Assembly (NCBI GenBank): GCA_963821635.1
Contig: CAWGEP010000001.1
Location: 613,157-677,156 of the forward strand
Source of the DNA: an uncultured bacterium
GTDB lineage: Bacteria > Zixibacteria > MSB-5A5 > GN15 > FEB-12
Direction of reading: 5' to 3'
Length of the DNA stretch: 64,000 nucleotides
The notes beneath the pieces were generated by a model. That model saw only the letters and a program-made list of their open reading frames with translations. It was not told the origin of the DNA and made no database searches. A program made the position numbers and the translations under genes. This document shows, in pieces, positions 17,323-27,976 of this stretch. How positions within the stretch are numbered: the stretch's first letter is position 1; each line of letters opens with the position of its first letter.

Positions 17323-20300
17323 CTAAAGTTTCTGGACCGCAATGGCGGCCTTTTCGCCATTGATATTCCACTCGGTACCGTCGTTCAGGATGCCACTATC
17401 AATAAACTCTATCTTGTGGGCCAAAGTTTCCCGCCGAATGAACTCTTCGTGCTTCCCGGTGGCCGCCTTGAGGGGCCCCGATCCGGTCATCCGGATCGCG
17501 ATATGGTCGGTTACTTCGAATCCCGAGCTTTTCCGCATATTCTGTATCTTGTTGACCAGCTCCCGGGCAAACCCTTCGTCGATCAACTCCTGGGTCAATT
17601 CGATCGCCAGGGCGATCGTGATCCCGCCGTCCGACTCGACCGCATACCCTTCGGTTTCGATCCTCAGGACCTCAACGACCTCCGGGTCGAGCACGACTGT
17701 GGCGCCGTCCGCTACAAAACTCAATTTCCCCGACTCGGCGAACTGCTTCACCTGGTCGTTGGTCAGCGCTCCGACAAACGCCTGCGCCGCCTTAACATGG
17801 CTTCCGAGTTTCGGTCCGGCTACTTTGAAATTCAGCTTGGCCGAGTACCGGACATACTGGTCTAAGTTCGGGGCCGGCACGACCGCTTTGACATTCAACT
17901 CATCTTCGACAATTTCCAAATATTCCTTGAGCGCCTCGAAATCCTTCTCCCGCTTGAGGCTGACCAGAAGTTTTGACAACGGCTGCCGGACTTTCAGGTT
18001 CTTACGAGACCGCGCCGCCCGGCCAAGAGACACGATCTTTCTGACCGAATCCATCACATCTTCGAGCGCCGAGTCAATTTGCGTCTCGTCCGCCTTAGGG
18101 AATTTGGTCATATGGACCGAGAGCGGCTCCCCCAGTTTTTCACGGTTCTCGCCATGAAGTTCCTTCCAAAGCAGCTCCGCCGTAAACGGCGCGACCGGCG
18201 CTCCAAGTTTGGCGACGCCATCGAGGATCGTAAACAGCGTGTGATACGCCCGCATCTTTGAGGGATCATCCGCCTTGGCCCAAAACCGGCGGCGGTTCAG
18301 CCTGACATACCAGTTGGAAAGATCATCGATCACAAATTGCTGAATCGACCTGACCGGCCGGGTGATCTCGTATTTGTCGAAGCAGTCGGTCACCTCTTTG
18401 ACGAGAGTATTGTACCGCGATAGAATCCAGCGGTCAAACCGTTCTGGTTCCCCCGCTTTGGATGCCAGAAACTGCTCCACACTCTGTCCGGCCTTGTCCG
18501 ATCGCGCCAGAAGGTCATCAATATTGGCATAGATCACGAAAAACGAATAGGTATTCCGGAGCGTGTCAAAATACTTCCGGCCGACATCCGCCAACCCATC
18601 TTCATCGAATTTGGTCGGAAGCCAGGGATTGGAGTTCGCCAGCAAATACCACCGGACCGGGTCGGCGCCGTATTTGTCGATGGTCGTGAACGGATCGACC
18701 ACATTCCCTTTATGCTTGGACATCTTCTTCCCCTCCTTATCAAGAATGAATTCGAGCACGATTACATTCTTGAACGGGGGCTTGTCAAACAGCATGGTCG
18801 AAATCGCCAGGAGCGAATAAAACCAGCCGCGGGTCTGGTCAACCGCTTCGGATATAAAATCAGCGGGATACTTCTTCTCGAAAATCTCTTTATTCTCAAA
18901 GGGATAATGCCACTGCGCATACGGCATCGCCCCGGAATCAAACCAGACATCGATCAGTTCCGGCACCCGGGTCATGGTCGAGCCGCACTCGCACTTCAGC
19001 TTGATGTCATCGATATACGGCTTATGCAAGTCAAGATCCGGCGGGACATTGATCCCTTCTTTCCGGAGCTGCTCCACCGAGCCGACCGCCCGCATCTTGG
19101 GGCACTTGGGATCATCACATACCCATATAGGAAGCGGCGTTCCCCAGAACCGCTCGCGCGACAACGCCCAGTCGACATTGTTCTCCAGCCAGTTGAGCAT
19201 CCGGCCAGTCCGGATTTCATCCGGTATCCAGTTGATGGAATTGTTGTTTTTGATCAACTGTTCTTTGAATTGGGTCGTCCGGATATACCAGCTCTGCCGC
19301 GCGATATAAATAAGCGGCGAGTCACACCGCCAGCAGAACGGATAGTTATGCTCGTACAGCTCTTTCTTGAACAGCTTGCCGGCGATCTTTAGATCTTTGA
19401 TAATGATCGGATCGGCGTCCTTGACGAACATTCCGGCATAAGCGCCGGAACCTTCGCGGAAATGCCCGTTCGCTTCGACCGCCTGAAGCATCGGCAGATC
19501 ATACACTTTACCTATCTCATAGTCATCCGCGCCATATCCTGGAGCGATATGGACAATCCCGGTGCCGTCATCGAGCGTCACGAAATCCGCGTTGATCGCA
19601 TAGAAGGCGTTCGCCGACTGATCTTTGAAGGTATCAAACAGCGGGATATATTTTCGTCTGAGATACTCGCTTCCCTTTTTTCGGTCCAGCGCCTGCTTTT
19701 CTTCGCCGAACACCTTGTGAATGAGCGCCTCGGCAAGGACCAGCTTCTCCCCTTCGTGCTCGACCGTCACATAGTCGGCATCCGGCTTGAGGCAGATCGC
19801 GGCATTCGAGGGAAGCGTCCAGGGGGTCGTCGTCCAGACGAGGTAGCTGAAGTCTCCATCTGCCGCTTTCATTTTGACGAACACTGAGGGATCTTTGACC
19901 AGGTCGTACCCCTGGGCCACTTCGTGCGAGGACAACCCGGTGCCGCATCTCGGGCAGAACGGAATCGTCTTGAACCCTTTGTAGAGGAGGTTTCGGTCGA
20001 AGAAATTCTTCAGAATCCACCAGACCGATTCGATATATTCATTGGTCAGGGTGACATAGGCATCTTTGAGATCGAGCCAGTACCCCATCCGCCGCGTGAT
20101 CTTGTCCCACTGATCCAGATACTTGAAAACCGATTCCCGGCACTTCTGATTGTATTTGGCGATGCCGTACTCCAGCACTTTCGCCTTGGTTTCGAGCTTG
20201 AGTTCCTTTTCGACTTCGATTTCTACCGGAAGCCCGTGCGTATCCCAGCCTGCTTTGCGATCCACCCGATATCCCTGCATCGATTTGTACCGGCAGACCA

Positions 20301-20502
20301 GGTCTTTGACCTCGCGGGCGATCACATGGTGGATGCCCGGTTTTCCGTTGGCGGTGGGGGGACCCTCGTAGAAGACGAACTCCGGCCGATCCTTGGCCGC
20401 GGCCATAGCCTTATGGAACACATCATGTTGGTCCCAGAAGGCCAGCACTTTGAGTTCGGCCGAAGGCTGTGAAAAGTCGTCTTTAAGCGGGTCGAATTTC
20501 AT
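17323..20502 (-). CDS. ileS: Isoleucine--tRNA ligase
   Basis: About 1060 aa. It has the class I HIGH-type motif (PPTANGKPGIHH) and KMSKS (KMSKHKGN). The start is probably the ATG at 20502 after GGAGAA; the ORF track starts at 20517. Confidence 0.95.
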   Translation of the reverse strand: MKFDPLKDDFSQPSAELKVLAFWDQHDVFHKAMAAAKDRPEFVFYEGPPTANGKPGIHHVIAREVKDLVCRYKSMQGYRVDRKAGWDTHGLPVEIEVEKELKLETKAKVLEYGIAKYNQKCRESVFKYLDQWDKITRRMGYWLDLKDAYVTLTNEYIESVWWILKNFFDRNLLYKGFKTIPFCPRCGTGLSSHEVAQGYDLVKDPSVFVKMKAADGDFSYLVWTTTPWTLPSNAAICLKPDADYVTVEHEGEKLVLAEALIHKVFGEEKQALDRKKGSEYLRRKYIPLFDTFKDQSANAFYAINADFVTLDDGTGIVHIAPGYGADDYEIGKVYDLPMLQAVEANGHFREGSGAYAGMFVKDADPIIIKDLKIAGKLFKKELYEHNYPFCWRCDSPLIYIARQSWYIRTTQFKEQLIKNNNSINWIPDEIRTGRMLNWLENNVDWALSRERFWGTPLPIWVCDDPKCPKMRAVGSVEQLRKEGINVPPDLDLHKPYIDDIKLKCECGSTMTRVPELIDVWFDSGAMPYAQWHYPFENKEIFEKKYPADFISEAVDQTRGWFYSLLAISTMLFDKPPFKNVIVLEFILDKEGKKMSKHKGNVVDPFTTIDKYGADPVRWYLLANSNPWLPTKFDEDGLADVGRKYFDTLRNTYSFFVIYANIDDLLARSDKAGQSVEQFLASKAGEPERFDRWILSRYNTLVKEVTDCFDKYEITRPVRSIQQFVIDDLSNWYVRLNRRRFWAKADDPSKMRAYHTLFTILDGVAKLGAPVAPFTAELLWKELHGENREKLGEPLSVHMTKFPKADETQIDSALEDVMDSVRKIVSLGRAARSRKNLKVRQPLSKLLVSLKREKDFEALKEYLEIVEDELNVKAVVPAPNLDQYVRYSAKLNFKVAGPKLGSHVKAAQAFVGALTNDQVKQFAESGKLSFVADGATVVLDPEVVEVLRIETEGYAVESDGGITIALAIELTQELIDEGFARELVNKIQNMRKSSGFEVTDHIAIRMTGSGPLKAATGKHEEFIRRETLAHKIEFIDSGILNDGTEWNINGEKAAIAVQKL

Positions 20503-20682
20503 CGTTGATTTCTCCAAGAGGGCCTAAATGTAGGCATGTTATCAACATTGGCAAGGGGTTTTTGGAGAGGGGGCCAGGCAGTTGCTCGACAAGTTTTCTT
20601 TTGCAAAACAGAGCTTCCAACGTCTATATTACACTTAGTCGAACCGTGCGGCCAGGGGAACGGCCGCAGAAAGGGTGGAATT

Positions 20683-21387
20683 ATGAAAATCTCAATCTGT
20701 TTACTGATCCTTGCCGCGATTATGTTGGCGGGCTGCTCGGAAGACCCGCCGGTCACTAGCCCCCCAGTCTGGCGTTTCTATCTCCGCCACCGTTATGGCG
20801 TACCACTGCAGCCACTACGATGTCGGGAAAACATACGCTGAATACTCCGGCGGCAGGAGCGCCAAAGTGACTCTGGCTCGCGCCGACAGTGTGATATACA
20901 CCGCCTACACCGATCGACGCTCGCGGGTTTGGTTCTCGGTCGACACCGGCATGTACTATGTCACGATCGAGACTTTTCACAACCCGTATCCCCGGTCTGC
21001 ATCGTTCCATGTTACCGGCGATACCTCCGGCGTATCCTTTGGTCGAGCCTGGCCTTTGATCCGCCTGATTCAGTGATCGCCAGCTTCTATTATGACGACA
21101 AGTTGAAGATCGATGAAACGGTGGAGCGGCAGGCTATGAGCCTGCTGGCCAGGAGTATCCCGGAACAGCTTAATCTGAGGACCGCGAACCGATATGTCGA
21201 CTCATTTCCGGAGACAAATTATGCCAATATCCACTATTTCGGAATTGCCGTAGAACAAGACCAGCCGGCCTGGCTGGCAGTCCAACACGCCAATACCGAA
21301 CTGAGTACTCATCCGGAGAAGTATCCGAGTAATTTCTACCTTGGGGGATACTTGCGTGCTTGCTATAGTGCGACCCCACAGCTGTAA
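20683..21387 (+). pseudogene. Lipoprotein of unknown function, paralog 1, two frameshifts
   Basis: MKISICLLILAAIMLAGCSEDPP (lipobox) starts at 20683. The frame changes at the C6 run at 20760-20765 and again near 21035. The three pieces (ORFs 20536.., 20711.., 20929..) align colinearly with paralog 2. Confidence 0.7.
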
Positions 21388-21414
21388 GCAGGCCCCTATT
21401 CAGAGGACCGGAAT

Positions 21415-22096
21415 ATGAAAATCTCGATCTTATCTGCTGATTCTCGCCGCAATCTTGTTGGCGGCCTGCTCGGACAACCCTGTCAACCCTTCAAAACCGT
21501 CGCTCATCACGGTCTCCGGCACGGTTACAGTCTGGGACTGTCCCGGCTGGAGCCCGATTTACAATTACACCGAGTACACCGGCAAACCGGCCACGGTCAC
21601 TTTGACCGGTAGCGACGGTATCGCTCATGTCGCCACAACCGATCCCCACTCTCGTTTCAGTTTCTCGCTGGACTCCGGACTCTATTCCATCACCCTCTCG
21701 ACTTTCCATATGCAGCCCGAAACATACGGCTACCTATATGTCGAGCGCGACACCGGCAATATGGAGCTCCGGTCCGTTCTGGCCTATTCCCCCAGCGACG
21801 CGATGACTGCTTACTTTTATCATTCGACCGGCGATACGGTCAATGTCGAGCAGTTCGAGCGCGAGACTCTCGCCTATCTATCGGATCAGATGCACGGGGT
21901 AATCGATGTCCGTCAGGCCGTCAGACAAGTGTCTCCGTCGAATAATGGGTGGGTGTACTATGCCGATATTCGTGTTCGTGCCGATGTGCCGGCGTGGCGA
22001 GCCAGGTTGATTGCCGAGGAGATCATGCAGTACAACTCATCGCATTTTCCGGCCGGATTCTCCATATTCGCAAATTACTATCCCTGCCTCTCCTGA
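21415..22096 (+). pseudogene. Lipoprotein of unknown function, paralog 2, one frameshift in the signal peptide
   Basis: ATG at 21415 gives MKISI.. and then goes out of frame near 21430. The main ORF 21455..22096 continues as ..LLILAAILLAACSDNPVN. It is homologous to paralog 1 (TVTLTGSDGIAHVATTDPHSRFSFSLDSGLYSITLSTFH versus KVTLARADSVIYTAYTDRRSRVWFSVDTGMYYVTIETFH). Confidence 0.7.
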
Positions 22097-22215
22097 GTCG
22101 TGAGTGGGCGGGAATTGGGATCCGACGTTTCCTGTTTCTCTAAAATCGCTGTCCCAGCCCCAGCAGAAACGTGAATCCGCCGCTCGTTGGAATGATCGGT
22201 GACTGGCTGCGCCGC

Positions 22216-22491
22216 TCAAGAATCGGCTGGATTCTCCCCCATCACTTCAAACGTCGTCTCCCCCGTCGTTAACATCTTCTTCACATACGGGTGGCACAGC
22301 TTGCAGTTCAGTCCGAAATCAATATGCTCCTGTAACTGCTCGATCGATTTGATTCCGTATTTGGTCCGCGATCTGCTTTCAGTTCGGCAAACGACCGATT
22401 GTAGCACACGCAATGGGTCACCATGATCTGGCACAACGATATAACCCCCGCAACAGTTCCGCTTCCCCGTCTGGTCGTAAGTCAAGACCAT
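22216..22491 (-). CDS. BFD-like [2Fe-2S]-binding domain protein; N-terminus uncertain, probable frameshift
   Basis: The C-terminal GIKSIEQLQEHIDFGLNCKLCHPYVKKML is BFD-like. An ATG at 22424 in another frame gives MVTHCVCYNRSFAELKADR, supplying the expected CxC pair. This suggests a shift near 22370. Confidence 0.6.
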   Translation of the reverse strand: MVLTYDQTGKRNCCGGYIVVPDHGDPLRVLQSVVCRTESRSRTKYGIKSIEQLQEHIDFGLNCKLCHPYVKKMLTTGETTFEVMGENPADS

Positions 22492-22802
22492 TACTTACGC
22501 GTATTTCCCTGACCTGTCGCAGATCGTGCCCAGGTGCCCCACAGCTTGCTGTGGGTTAGTGGCACCTCCGGACGGCTGTCAATCACCTTTGAAAGGTTTA
22601 CCCCCATAGCATGCTATGGGGCACCGCCGCTTCGAACGCCAGTCGGGCACCGACGCCCGCCCCGGCGGCCGAAACCCGCCGTGAACCGCCTTGGGTTCAA
22701 CAGTTTGCTCCCTGTCAAAAAGTGACAGTGGAAACCGCTTTCCCCCTTGGACCGCCCGGCTTTTCGCCGTATCTTCCGGGTTGCCCGATTTATGGAGTAA
22801 TT

Positions 22803-25653
22803 ATGTCAACAAACGGTAAGAATTCACGATATCAGGATTTCATCTATGTCAAAGGGGCGCGCGAACATAACCTTAAGAACATCGATGTCAAGATTCCGCG
22901 CGATTCCCTGACTGTCATCACGGGTCTTTCCGGCTCCGGCAAAAGCTCCCTCGCCTTTGACACGATCTACGCCGAAGGCCAGCGCCGGTATGTCGAGTCC
23001 CTCTCGGCGTATGCCCGGCAGTTCCTCGGACTCATGGAAAAGCCGGATGTCGACTTCATCGAAGGGCTCTCCCCGGCGATCTCGATCGAACAAAAGGGAA
23101 CCGCGAAAAATCCGCGCTCAACGGTCGGCACCGTGACTGAAATTTACGACTATCTCCGCCTCCTCTTCGCCCGGATCGGCATTCCGCACTGTGTCAAGTG
23201 CGGTCAGCCGATCAGCCAGCAGACAGTCGAACAGATTGTCGATTCCGTTCTCAGTTTCGAGGAAGGAACCCGCCTGATGGTCCTCGCCCCGCTCATCCGC
23301 GGCAAAAAGGGGGAGCACAAGGATGTCATCGAGGAAGCCAAACGCGAGGGATTCATTCGGCTCCGTATCGACGGCGAAGTGAGTGAAACCGATGAAGACA
23401 CCTCACTGGAGAAAAACAAAAAACACAACATCGAAGCCGTCGTTGACCGTCTGGTAGTCAAGCAAGTCTTCGCGCCGCCGGCTCGCCGACTCGGTCGAAA
23501 CTGCCCTGAAAATGGCCCAGGGGACGGTGGTTATCAATATCAAGAGTCAGGACCTGCTTTTCTCCCAGCAGTTCGCCTGTCTAAATTGCAATATCAGCTA
23601 CGAAGAACCGACTCCGCGTTTGTTCTCCTTCAATTCGCCGTTCGGCGCCTGCAAAACTTGCGATGGTCTCGGACAGAAAATGGAGATCGATCCCAAACTG
23701 GTCATTCCCAATCAATCGCTGTCTATTGGCGCGGGGGCCATTCAGCCCTGGGGGGGTGAAGATATGTCCAATTGGTACCGCTATATGCTCAAAGGGGTCG
23801 CGAGCCATTACAATTTCAAATTCTCTACGCCGTTCAACCAGCTTCCGGAAAAGACCCAAAACATCGTCCTCTACGGCTCCGGCAAAGACGAAATTTCATT
23901 CGAATACGAACACCTCTCCGGCAAAGGACGCGGCGGCGGCACTTATCGCTCCAAATTTGAAGGAGTCATCCCGCATCTCGAACGGCGGTACCGGCAAACC
24001 CAGTCCTCCGATGTCCGCAACTGGATCGAACACTATATGGCGGTAAGTCCGTGCCCGTCCTGCAAGGGAGCCCGGCTTCGGCCCGAGGCCCGCGCCGTCA
24101 TTATCGACCGAGAGACAATCGACTCGGTCGCCGATATGTCGGTCAAGCAGGCCAAGAAATTCTTCGCCGAAGTCAACCTGACCAAGCGCCAGCAGACGAT
24201 TGCGCGCCAGATTCTCAAGGAAGTGCGGGAGCGGCTCGGTTTTCTGTCCAATGTCGGTCTGGATTATCTCACGCTCAGTCGTGCCGCCGCCACGCTTTCG
24301 GGCGGCGAAGCCCAGCGGATTCGTCTCGCCACTCAGATCGGCTCCCGTCTTGTGGGTGTGTTATATATTCTCGATGAACCTTCCATCGGCCTGCACCAAA
24401 AAGACAACGACAAGCTGCTTAATACCTTGGTCGAGCTCCGGGATCTCGGCAATACTGTTCTCGTTGTTGAGCATGACCGGGATACCATCGAGCATGCCGA
24501 TTTCGTTATCGACCTCGGCCCCGGCGCCGGTGTGCATGGCGGCGAGATTGTCGGTATCGGCACTCCGGACGACATCAAAAAGAACCGCAAATCACTCACC
24601 GGCCAGTATCTCTCCGGCCAGCGGCAGATCGAGACCCCGAGAAAACGGCGCGAAGGAAACGGCGACAAGATTTCCCTTTTCGGCGCCACCGGCAACAATC
24701 TCAAGAAAGTCGATGTCGAGTTCCCGCTCGGCCTCTTCATCTGCGTGACCGGCGTATCCGGCTCCGGCAAATCGTCACTGATCACTGAAACCCTTTTCCG
24801 GATTCTTGCGAAACACTTCTACGACTCCCGTACTGCCCCGTTGCCGCACCAGAAGATCGAAGGACTCGAGTTCATTGACAAGGTGATTGATATCGATCAG
24901 TCGCCGATTGGCCGGACCCCCCGCTCCAACCCCGCCACTTATACCGGGTTATTCACTTTTATCCGGGATCTGTTTGCATCGCTTCCCGAAGCCAAAGCCC
25001 GCGGCTATCAGGCCGGGCGCTTTTCGTTCAATGTGCATGGCGGACGGTGCGAAGCCTGCGAGGGAGACGGTATTATCAAAATCGAAATGCATTTCCTGCC
25101 CGATGTCTACATTCCGTGCGAAGTTTGCAAAGGAAAGCGGTACAACCGCGAGACGCTCGAAGTCGTCTACAAGGGAAAATCAATTTCCGATGTTCTTGAT
25201 ATGACAGTTGACGAAGCAGTCGCCTTCTTCGAGCATATCCCCCGCCTCAAGAAGAAACTCCTGACGCTCAAAGAAGTCGGGCTCGGTTATATCCATCTCG
25301 GCCAGCAGGCGACTCAGCTTTCCGGGGGTGAAGCCCAGCGGGTCAAGCTCGCCACCGAGTTATCCAAATTCGCCACCGGCAAGACCCTCTATATTCTGGA
25401 TGAACCGACCACCGGGCTTCATTTCGAAGATATTCGGATGCTCCTGAGCGTTCTTAATGAACTCGTCAACCGGGGAAATACGGTGCTCGTTATTGAGCAT
25501 AATCTCGATGTGATCAAGACAGCCGACTGGATTATTGACATCGGGCCTGACGGCGGCGATGAAGGGGGCAGGATTCTCGCGATCGGCACCCCGGAGCAGC
25601 TGACGAAGATTAAAGAGTCCTACACTGGGGAGTATCTGAAGAAGGCGCTGTAG
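22803..25653 (+). pseudogene. uvrA: Excinuclease ABC subunit UvrA, reading frame broken once
   Basis: ATG at 22803 follows GGAG ([63 protein letters not shown]). The frame is lost near 23461-23472 (..VVDRLVVKQ). It resumes in ORF 23512..25653, whose frame reads ..[22 protein letters not shown] upstream of its first Met. Both ABC modules and the zinc modules are present. Confidence 0.9.
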
Positions 25654-25692
25654 GTCGGAGCGCCTCCTTGATCACTCAATAACTGTCGGCCC

Positions 25693-26913
25693 TCATTTGC
25701 TCATCAACGTATCGAGATGAAGCATGAGCGCAAGTTGATCAGTCGGAAGGTCCCCTACTTTCAGATTCTGACGGGGGGAATACCAGAACTGACCCTCGGC
25801 CAGCTCGCTCACCCTGTGATCTTCCGGGATGAGACCGAAATAGGCTCCGATCATTTGTCTGACGACTTCCAACTGTTCTTTCTTCGGATTCTTTCCGTAA
25901 ACCGTTTGGATCAACGAATCCAGCCCGCCGACTGTTCGGGGGAACTGAGTCAAAAAGTATTCTACTCTGAGCGATGAGTCTGGTAGATAGTTGTCAAAAG
26001 TCCATGCGATGTCGCCATTTTTCTCTTGCCAGCCTCCCGGCGAGATTCTCCTTGACACAAAAACCTGGTTGAAAAAGAATGTCGACCCCGTGTTGGCTCT
26101 GAGCCACGGCGGGTTCTTTTTCGAATTCTCCATGCTCATCCTTTGGACTGCCGAGTCCATCACGCCTCGCTTGTTGAGATATTTCTCAAACACAGAGCAA
26201 TGAACAATAAATTCTGCGTGCCCAATTGTCCTGGCCCAGGACTTGCCGGTCGACGTGACATAGTCGAAGTATTCATCAATCCCCTCGCAAAAGCGTTCGC
26301 ACTTCAGCGACTCTGCCAAATCCCGCAGTCTTGCGCACGTATCTCGCGCACTTGCGTTATAGTAATCTCGATCGCAGCGATATGTTTCCGCAGCGGTAAT
26401 CGACACGGAGAGTCTATAGTGTACCCTAACGATTTTTTCTTCTCGGGGAGCGAACCTCATTTTCCACGCAAATAACCCGTGGTAATGATCCCTCTGGTCC
26501 TCAGCCGAATATGTCGTCGTATACGTTTGTTCCTGGTCCTTAACCACAAAACCATATTCTCTGACGTAGTCTCGATCTGAAACATCTCGGTCATTATGCT
26601 CCCTGTGATAATTGCCATCTGTGACGTAATCCGAGTTGAGCGGAAAGCCGACCTGAATGTTCAACGTATCATCGGTAAGATTCTTAAGTTCGTACTCTCC
26701 CTCGAAGCGCACCACATCGTTGGGTACTTTAACGCCCTGAACTATGATCGCTTCCGGCTCCGGGAACATCTCAACTCTCTCTGACACCATTTGCACGTTA
26801 GGACTTGACATGAGTTTCAAGGTTTGACCCGATCCGCTGAAGATCCCTACGTTGGCAAATGCATAGTTAGCCACGACCAAGATCACGCTCGCCAGGAGCC
26901 ATCGCTTAGTCAT
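25693..26913 (-). CDS. Secreted protein of unknown function
   Basis: 406 aa with signal peptide MTKRWLLASVILVVANYAFA. The sequence is visibly more AT-rich than its neighbours. The start overlaps the stop of the upstream GNAT gene (ATGA at 26910-26913). Confidence 0.75.
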   Translation of the reverse strand: MTKRWLLASVILVVANYAFANVGIFSGSGQTLKLMSSPNVQMVSERVEMFPEPEAIIVQGVKVPNDVVRFEGEYELKNLTDDTLNIQVGFPLNSDYVTDGNYHREHNDRDVSDRDYVREYGFVVKDQEQTYTTTYSAEDQRDHYHGLFAWKMRFAPREEKIVRVHYRLSVSITAAETYRCDRDYYNASARDTCARLRDLAESLKCERFCEGIDEYFDYVTSTGKSWARTIGHAEFIVHCSVFEKYLNKRGVMDSAVQRMSMENSKKNPPWLRANTGSTFFFNQVFVSRRISPGGWQEKNGDIAWTFDNYLPDSSLRVEYFLTQFPRTVGGLDSLIQTVYGKNPKKEQLEVVRQMIGAYFGLIPEDHRVSELAEGQFWYSPRQNLKVGDLPTDQLALMLHLDTLMSK

Positions 26914-27686
26914 CTCCCCTCAAACCATCCTTCCTCATATTCGCATACTTTGACGAATCCCAACTTCTCGTAACACTTGATGGCCCCGCTGTTGTCCCCT
27001 TTGACATTCAAACAGACCATCAACCCTTCACTTGCCAGCTCCGCACATAAATGCCCGGTCACCGCCGAAGCCAATCCCTTTCCCCGGTAATCCGGATGCG
27101 TCGCGATATTCCCCAGCACTGCGGTCTTGTACTCTTTCGAATGCACATGCACGCCGGCCACGGCCGCGAGCTTCTTGCCGTCCCGAATTCCAAAATACTT
27201 TCCGGTCTCAAGCATCCTGGGGGTGAAGTAATTGCTCGGGTATGCTTGGTGGTAAAAGTCGAGCAGGCCGCTTGAATTTTCGGGGGTTAATCTGACAACT
27301 TCGACACCGGCATGTGGCCCGACTTTCAACTTCTCCAGCTTCATCTTGTGATGCGTCCCGAGCTGCTTCTCGCGGAACCGCTCGGTCAAGGCGCCGCGGT
27401 ATGGCCGAAGATAATGACAGAAGAATTTTGACGGGAAAAAATCACTCAGTTCCCGCAGCAACCCCTCGTATCGATCCGTCAATCCAAACGCCAGCACGGT
27501 CGGCGCGGTCCCGCCGGTGTATATCAGAACCGTGTCTTCAATTCGCGCGGTAGTCGAGTAAATCGAGGGAAACTGGCAATGCGGGAAGAAAAAATCATCG
27601 AGATCCCCGATGTGATACCCGAACAGCACCGGGTCTTTTCGGAAATGATCGAGGAGTCTGACTTTATCGATGGCGAAAGTAAACAT
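26910..27686 (-). CDS. GNAT family N-acetyltransferase (FR47-like C-terminal domain)
   Basis: LGNIATHPDYRGKGLASAVTGHLCAELASEGLMVCLNVKGDNSGAIKCYEKLGF is the acetyl-CoA-binding core motif. Confidence 0.85.
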   Translation of the reverse strand: MFTFAIDKVRLLDHFRKDPVLFGYHIGDLDDFFFPHCQFPSIYSTTARIEDTVLIYTGGTAPTVLAFGLTDRYEGLLRELSDFFPSKFFCHYLRPYRGALTERFREKQLGTHHKMKLEKLKVGPHAGVEVVRLTPENSSGLLDFYHQAYPSNYFTPRMLETGKYFGIRDGKKLAAVAGVHVHSKEYKTAVLGNIATHPDYRGKGLASAVTGHLCAELASEGLMVCLNVKGDNSGAIKCYEKLGFVKVCEYEEGWFEGR

Positions 27687-27704
27687 GTGTCAATACTACT
27701 TATG

Positions 27705-27960
27705 ATTGTCGGGCGGCTTCGTCGGTTCGAGCGCTAGTCGAGAACCGGGAAAGGCCCGCACCCGCAACTCGCTTCTCGTCTCCGCTCGAAGCGACCGCAT
27801 CCTGGTTCGCGTTTGACTCTGTTCACTCATCCCGAGTCCCGGTTCAGTCATCCCGAGCGTAGTCGAGGGATGAACCAGGCAACTATCGTTCATGGCTCGA
27901 CTACGCTCGCCATGACAACCACGAATCGCCGCCGGCCTGTGCGGAGTCGAAGACCACGAC
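27705..27960. repeat. Cluster of palindromic repeat elements (GTCATCCCGAGCGTAGTCGAGGGATG type)
   Basis: The 13-mer GAGCG(C)TAGTCGAG occurs three times: at about 27729, at about 27855, and inverted at about 27896. Each copy sits inside a short hairpin. TCATCCCGAG is also directly repeated. ORF 27696..27962 is a translation of these repeats. Confidence 0.75.
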
Positions 27961-27976
27961 AACAGGCGCCTTAAAC

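Noticed and set aside
22712-22728. E. coli-type LexA box upstream of uvrA
   Set aside because: The spacing is CTGT-N9-ACAG rather than N8, and the lineage-specific LexA motif is unknown. I kept it only as a palindrome worth testing.
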